Assembly (NCBI RefSeq): GCF_000143415.4
Contig: NW_003314329.1
Location: forward strand, 807,763-871,762
Length of the DNA: 64,000 nucleotides
Origin: Selaginella moellendorffii
Taxonomy: Eukaryota > Plantae > Lycopodiophyta
Reading direction: 5' to 3'
Shown: positions 62,844 through 64,000 of the stretch, one piece after another
How positions within the stretch are numbered: the stretch's first letter is position 1
How the letters are laid out: each line of letters starts with the position of its first letter
The notes under the pieces: model-generated
What the model was told of the DNA's origin: nothing
Seen by the model: the letters and a program-made list of their open reading frames with translations, nothing else
Databases searched by the model: none
Made by a program: the position numbers and the translations under genes

Positions 62844-64000
62844 CTTTTTATTAAAATTTAAGCTAACCGAAGTCAACTCCAACCCCTTCACTAGTTTGTA
62901 CTGGCTTACAAAAACGGAATGGTTTTTGGACAATGTGATCAACAAACCAGCCATTACAAAAGTCTAAGAAAATTTATGAAATGCCTCAACTACACACCTT
63001 CTCCATCTAATAACTTACTCCAAGTGTTAATAAATAAACTGACAAGCCATAGCAAATGAATGCTATAACCTTTTCCAAAACCTTAATGGGCAAATTCCCA
63101 AGAAACAAGGAACCAACTTAAGCTTAGCATAATGGATCATCATTGAGAATCCAGTCAAAGGTACTACAATGCTATTATGTGCAAGTAGACTAGCTTCTCC
63201 ATCAACCACTTTGGGGTTGATCATCATTTAACCAAGTAGCTTCGTAAACACATTGTTCACTATCACATGGATATGATATAAAATCATAATGACTTGATTA
63301 TCAATTGAGCAGCACCATGAGTAATACCCATGTCACTACTACAAAGGTTTAAGTGAGTATCAAGTGTCAACTCAACTAAACAAAATGCAACATAAATGCC
63401 ACACCCCATTGATAGAGATTTATAACACTTTAACACCACTAACTTTTGTTCACAACACAGACAAGCTCATGCCACTCTTTTTCTGACCAAACTCAAAACT
63501 AATCCAACACCAAGTTATTCAAGAGCAATAGCAAGGTTCTTTGAAAAAGAATTGAGCATTGCAACCCAAGTCTTCAATAACAAACCTAGACAAGATGGTT
63601 TAACACTTCACTACTCTCCATTCTGTAACTCACCATTTACAAGACCACTATAGCCAACATGCATCAAGGTAGGGACTCTTGATTGTATATTATGAATATG
63701 AGCAATGAATCACACTTCGTTGCAAATCATCTCTCCAAGAAGAGAAAATGATTTACGTGTTTAATCCTTCGTTCCTAAGGACTCTCTTTTCGGTCTCATC
63801 TTTGACCAAACCTCAAGCTTGCTTTTGCACTGCCTTCAGTCCAATCCAAGAAATGTTTATGAGAGAGCATATCAATGACTACTTGAAGAAATAAATTAAT
63901 CCCTATAGTCTTGATTGATCTACTTATAATCATGCCTAGGAAGGATCCACTAATGCTGTGCTAAATAGCTACGGACCAGCCTGTTTGCCACTCATATCAA
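62844..64000 (+). mobile_element. Continuation of the decayed gypsy relic (probable integrase region)
   Basis: Same G-poor composition as 53030-55609, on the other side of the TSD; only weak integrase-like remnants. Confidence 0.4.

Overview
This is eukaryotic land-plant genomic DNA. Very short GT-AG introns (about 50-70 nt), high gene density and the gene set are consistent with a lycophyte such as Selaginella; this is inferred, not verified. Bases 1-38 kb are gene-dense. They hold a GH2 beta-galactosidase, a GulLO-like oxidase, a Crinkler-like pseudogene with an internal inversion, a VPS41 pseudogene, an ASCL/LAP5-6-type PKS and a KH-CCCH protein. Further on are SKIP35-like, ABC1 kinase, ER-type LEA, XTH, a compact BRCA2, CGI-58-like hydrolase, H2A.Z, a calponin-homology/TM/LysM protein, a B-lectin fusion, dirigent genes and an M16 pseudogene. 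Bases 38-64 kb are transposon-rich, with a non-autonomous hAT element (8-bp TSD) and a chromoviral Ty3/gypsy element (5-bp TSD, discordant LTRs) nested in an older gypsy relic. The most unusual feature is a 12.6-kb TIR element (40043-52619, TSD TAATG). It encodes a Sola1-like DDD transposase and a divergent gene with ParB-like, DNA-methyltransferase-like and FCP1/HAD-like segments. About 20 copies of a 22-bp palindrome (ATGGCRT-N8-AYGCCAT) are scattered through it. All domain calls come from motif recognition by eye and no searches were run.
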